Origin: Acaryochloridaceae cyanobacterium VAR_48_metabat_390
GTDB lineage: Bacteria > Cyanobacteriota > Cyanobacteriia > Thermosynechococcales > Thermosynechococcaceae
Direction: 5' to 3'
Assembly (NCBI GenBank): GCA_031422435.1
Contig: JANPLU010000027.1
Span: forward strand, 1 to 44,146
DNA: 44,146 nucleotides
The notes under the pieces are model-generated. The model worked only from the letters and a program-made list of their open reading frames with translations, was not told the origin of the DNA and ran no database searches. Both the position numbers and the translations under genes were made by a program. Of this stretch, positions 42,404-44,146 are shown one piece after another; the stretch's first letter is position 1, and each line of letters begins with the position of its first letter.

Positions 42404-43999
42404 ATGAGCTACTGCCTAAACCCAAACTGTAACAGTCCCAATAATGCGCCGACGGTTTCGGTGTGCCAAGCCTGCGGTTCATCTTTACTGCTGCGCGATC
42501 GCTATCGATCTAGCCGCGTTTTGGGGCGAGGGGGCTTTGCCACTACGTTTTTGGCGGTGGATGAGGGCTTGCCAGGTCTGCCCACCTGCGTGATTAAGCA
42601 GCTCCGTCCAGTCTTAAATGCGGCTCATATTTTAGAAATGTCGCGGGAGCTATTTCAACGAGAAGCAGCGACCCTGGGTAAAATTGGCAACCATCCACAG
42701 CTACCTCGTCTGCTGGACTATTTTGAGCTGGGTCAAGATTTTTATTTGATTCAGGAATACGTGAGCGGTGCAACCCTTCAGCAAGAAGTGCGCCGCTCTG
42801 GACAATTTGATGAGGCGATGGCAAAGGAGGTATTGCGAGAGGTTTTACCGATATTGGACTATCTGCATCAGCAGCAGGTTATTCATCGAGACATTAAGCC
42901 CGCCAATATCATCCGTCGTACTATCGACAAAAAACTGGTGCTGATTGACTTTGGCGCAGTTAAAGATCAGGTCAATCAGGCCGCAGCCGATAACCCAGAC
43001 CACACGACGCTCACTTCTTTTGCGGTGGGAACCCCTGGCTTTGCACCACCCGAACAGATGGCAATGCGACCTGTTTATGCCAGTGATGTCTATAGTTTGG
43101 GCATTACCTGTATTTATCTGCTAACGGGTAAATCCCCTAAAGATTTGAACTATAACCAATCGACCGGAGAACTGGAGTGGCAAAGCCGGGTGAAGGTTAG
43201 CCCTCGATTTCAGCGGCTGCTGGAGAAGATGCTAGAGGTTTCTTTGCGCGATCGCTTCCAAAATGCACAAGAAGTCTCTAGGGCTTTGGCAGATCTTGAG
43301 GTGGCATCGGATCCTACTCCTTTGTCTGGTGTCTCCATGTATACAAGCAGCGATCGCCCAACCCAGCGCTCAACTACGGCAGGCAGTAGCAGCGGTATTG
43401 CAGGACGAAGCGCCAACGCTGGGCGACCATCTGCTCGCTCAGGCGCACAGGATCCCATGTCGGACTCCTTTTCTAAAATAGTGGCGCGTAAAACCACTGC
43501 TCGCTCTGCTAGTGGGGCTAGTGGAACAGATCAAACGGGCGCAAGCGGACGCAAGAGCATCATTAAATTGAGTCCTCAGGGGCTACTGCAAGCCTATGGT
43601 CAAGGCAAGCGGGACTTTAGCGACCATGATTTAAGCAATTTATCTATGCCTCGGGTGCAGCTATCTGGCGCTATTTTCCATGAAGCTCAACTGCAAAATA
43701 CAGATTTACGGGGCGCTGACCTGAACGGAGCTAATTTAGGTAAAGCAAGCCTTGTCGGTGCAAATTTACGGAATGCAAATTTGCAGGATGCCTACCTGAG
43801 CTATGCAGACCTAGAGGGTGCAGACCTACGCGGATCTGATTTGAGCAGTGCCTACCTCAGCAATGCCAACCTCAGGGGTGCAAATTTGTGCGGTGCAAAC
43901 TTAACGGGCGCAACGCTCACGGTTTCACAGCTCAATTTATCTCACATTAACTGGATGACGATTTTACCCAATGGCAAACGCGGCAGAGGTCTTTGGTAA
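42404..43999 (+). CDS. spkB: Ser/Thr protein kinase with N-terminal 4-Cys motif and C-terminal pentapeptide repeats (SpkB-like)
   Basis: MSYCLNPNC...CQACG, LGRGGF, CVIKQL, IHRDIKPANII, IDFG, GTPGFAPPEQ; ANL repeats at the C-terminus. Confidence 0.85.
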   Translation: MSYCLNPNCNSPNNAPTVSVCQACGSSLLLRDRYRSSRVLGRGGFATTFLAVDEGLPGLPTCVIKQLRPVLNAAHILEMSRELFQREAATLGKIGNHPQLPRLLDYFELGQDFYLIQEYVSGATLQQEVRRSGQFDEAMAKEVLREVLPILDYLHQQQVIHRDIKPANIIRRTIDKKLVLIDFGAVKDQVNQAAADNPDHTTLTSFAVGTPGFAPPEQMAMRPVYASDVYSLGITCIYLLTGKSPKDLNYNQSTGELEWQSRVKVSPRFQRLLEKMLEVSLRDRFQNAQEVSRALADLEVASDPTPLSGVSMYTSSDRPTQRSTTAGSSSGIAGRSANAGRPSARSGAQDPMSDSFSKIVARKTTARSASGASGTDQTGASGRKSIIKLSPQGLLQAYGQGKRDFSDHDLSNLSMPRVQLSGAIFHEAQLQNTDLRGADLNGANLGKASLVGANLRNANLQDAYLSYADLEGADLRGSDLSSAYLSNANLRGANLCGANLTGATLTVSQLNLSHINWMTILPNGKRGRGLW

Positions 44000-44146
44000 G
44001 GCGCAAGCTGACCCTATTTTCTTGACCCAGGCGCTGAAGGAATGGGCGATCGCCATTTCCGTCCTCCGTTTGGGTTCACAGATTTTACTGCTCCGTAAAG
44101 GCGGCATCCGCGATCCCCGTCAGCCTTTTGCTGAAATTCCTCACAG
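43971..44146 (+). CDS. DUF1802 family protein, 3'-truncated by the window edge (absent from the ORF track)
   Basis: Manual translation ...LTQALKEWAIAISVLRLGSQILLLRKGGIRD; in-frame ATG at 43971 or TTG at 44022. Confidence 0.8.
   Translation, partial: MANAAEVFGKAQADPIFLTQALKEWAIAISVLRLGSQILLLRKGGIRDPRQPFAEIPH

Noticed and set aside
43985..43999. The kinase also ends in RGLW, like the secreted PVRGLW protein
   Set aside because: Cytoplasmic protein with no PV or linker, and the end follows the usual pentapeptide cap (TILPNG); likely coincidence.

Overview
Core-genome segment of a beta-cyanobacterium: ccmK3/ccmK4, psbY, nblS (hik33), a hik2-like kinase, and about 50 HIP1 octamers (GCGATCGC). 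It holds about 45 densely packed housekeeping genes, including rpe, a GH57 branching enzyme, yvcK, minCDE, murG, txlA, lipA, recR, cysS, coaX, a LysM-M23 peptidase, trmL, gshA, apt, ppa and an spkB-like kinase. I found no mobile element, prophage, CRISPR array, rRNA or tRNA. The most notable locus is a four-gene tocopherol cluster (hppD>vte1><hpt<vte4). Its hppD is broken by a 1-nt frameshift in a T9 run just before the third iron ligand. The cluster is flanked by a divergent HAD / GT2 / alpha-beta hydrolase unit whose link to it is speculative. Other leads are a DICT + degenerate HD-GYP protein coupled to a pentapeptide-repeat gene, a secreted protein ending in PVRGLW, and two genes the ORF track missed (psbY and a partial DUF1802 gene). 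All calls come from motif recognition by eye, with no database searches. I cannot demonstrate a clearly novel system from the sequence alone.
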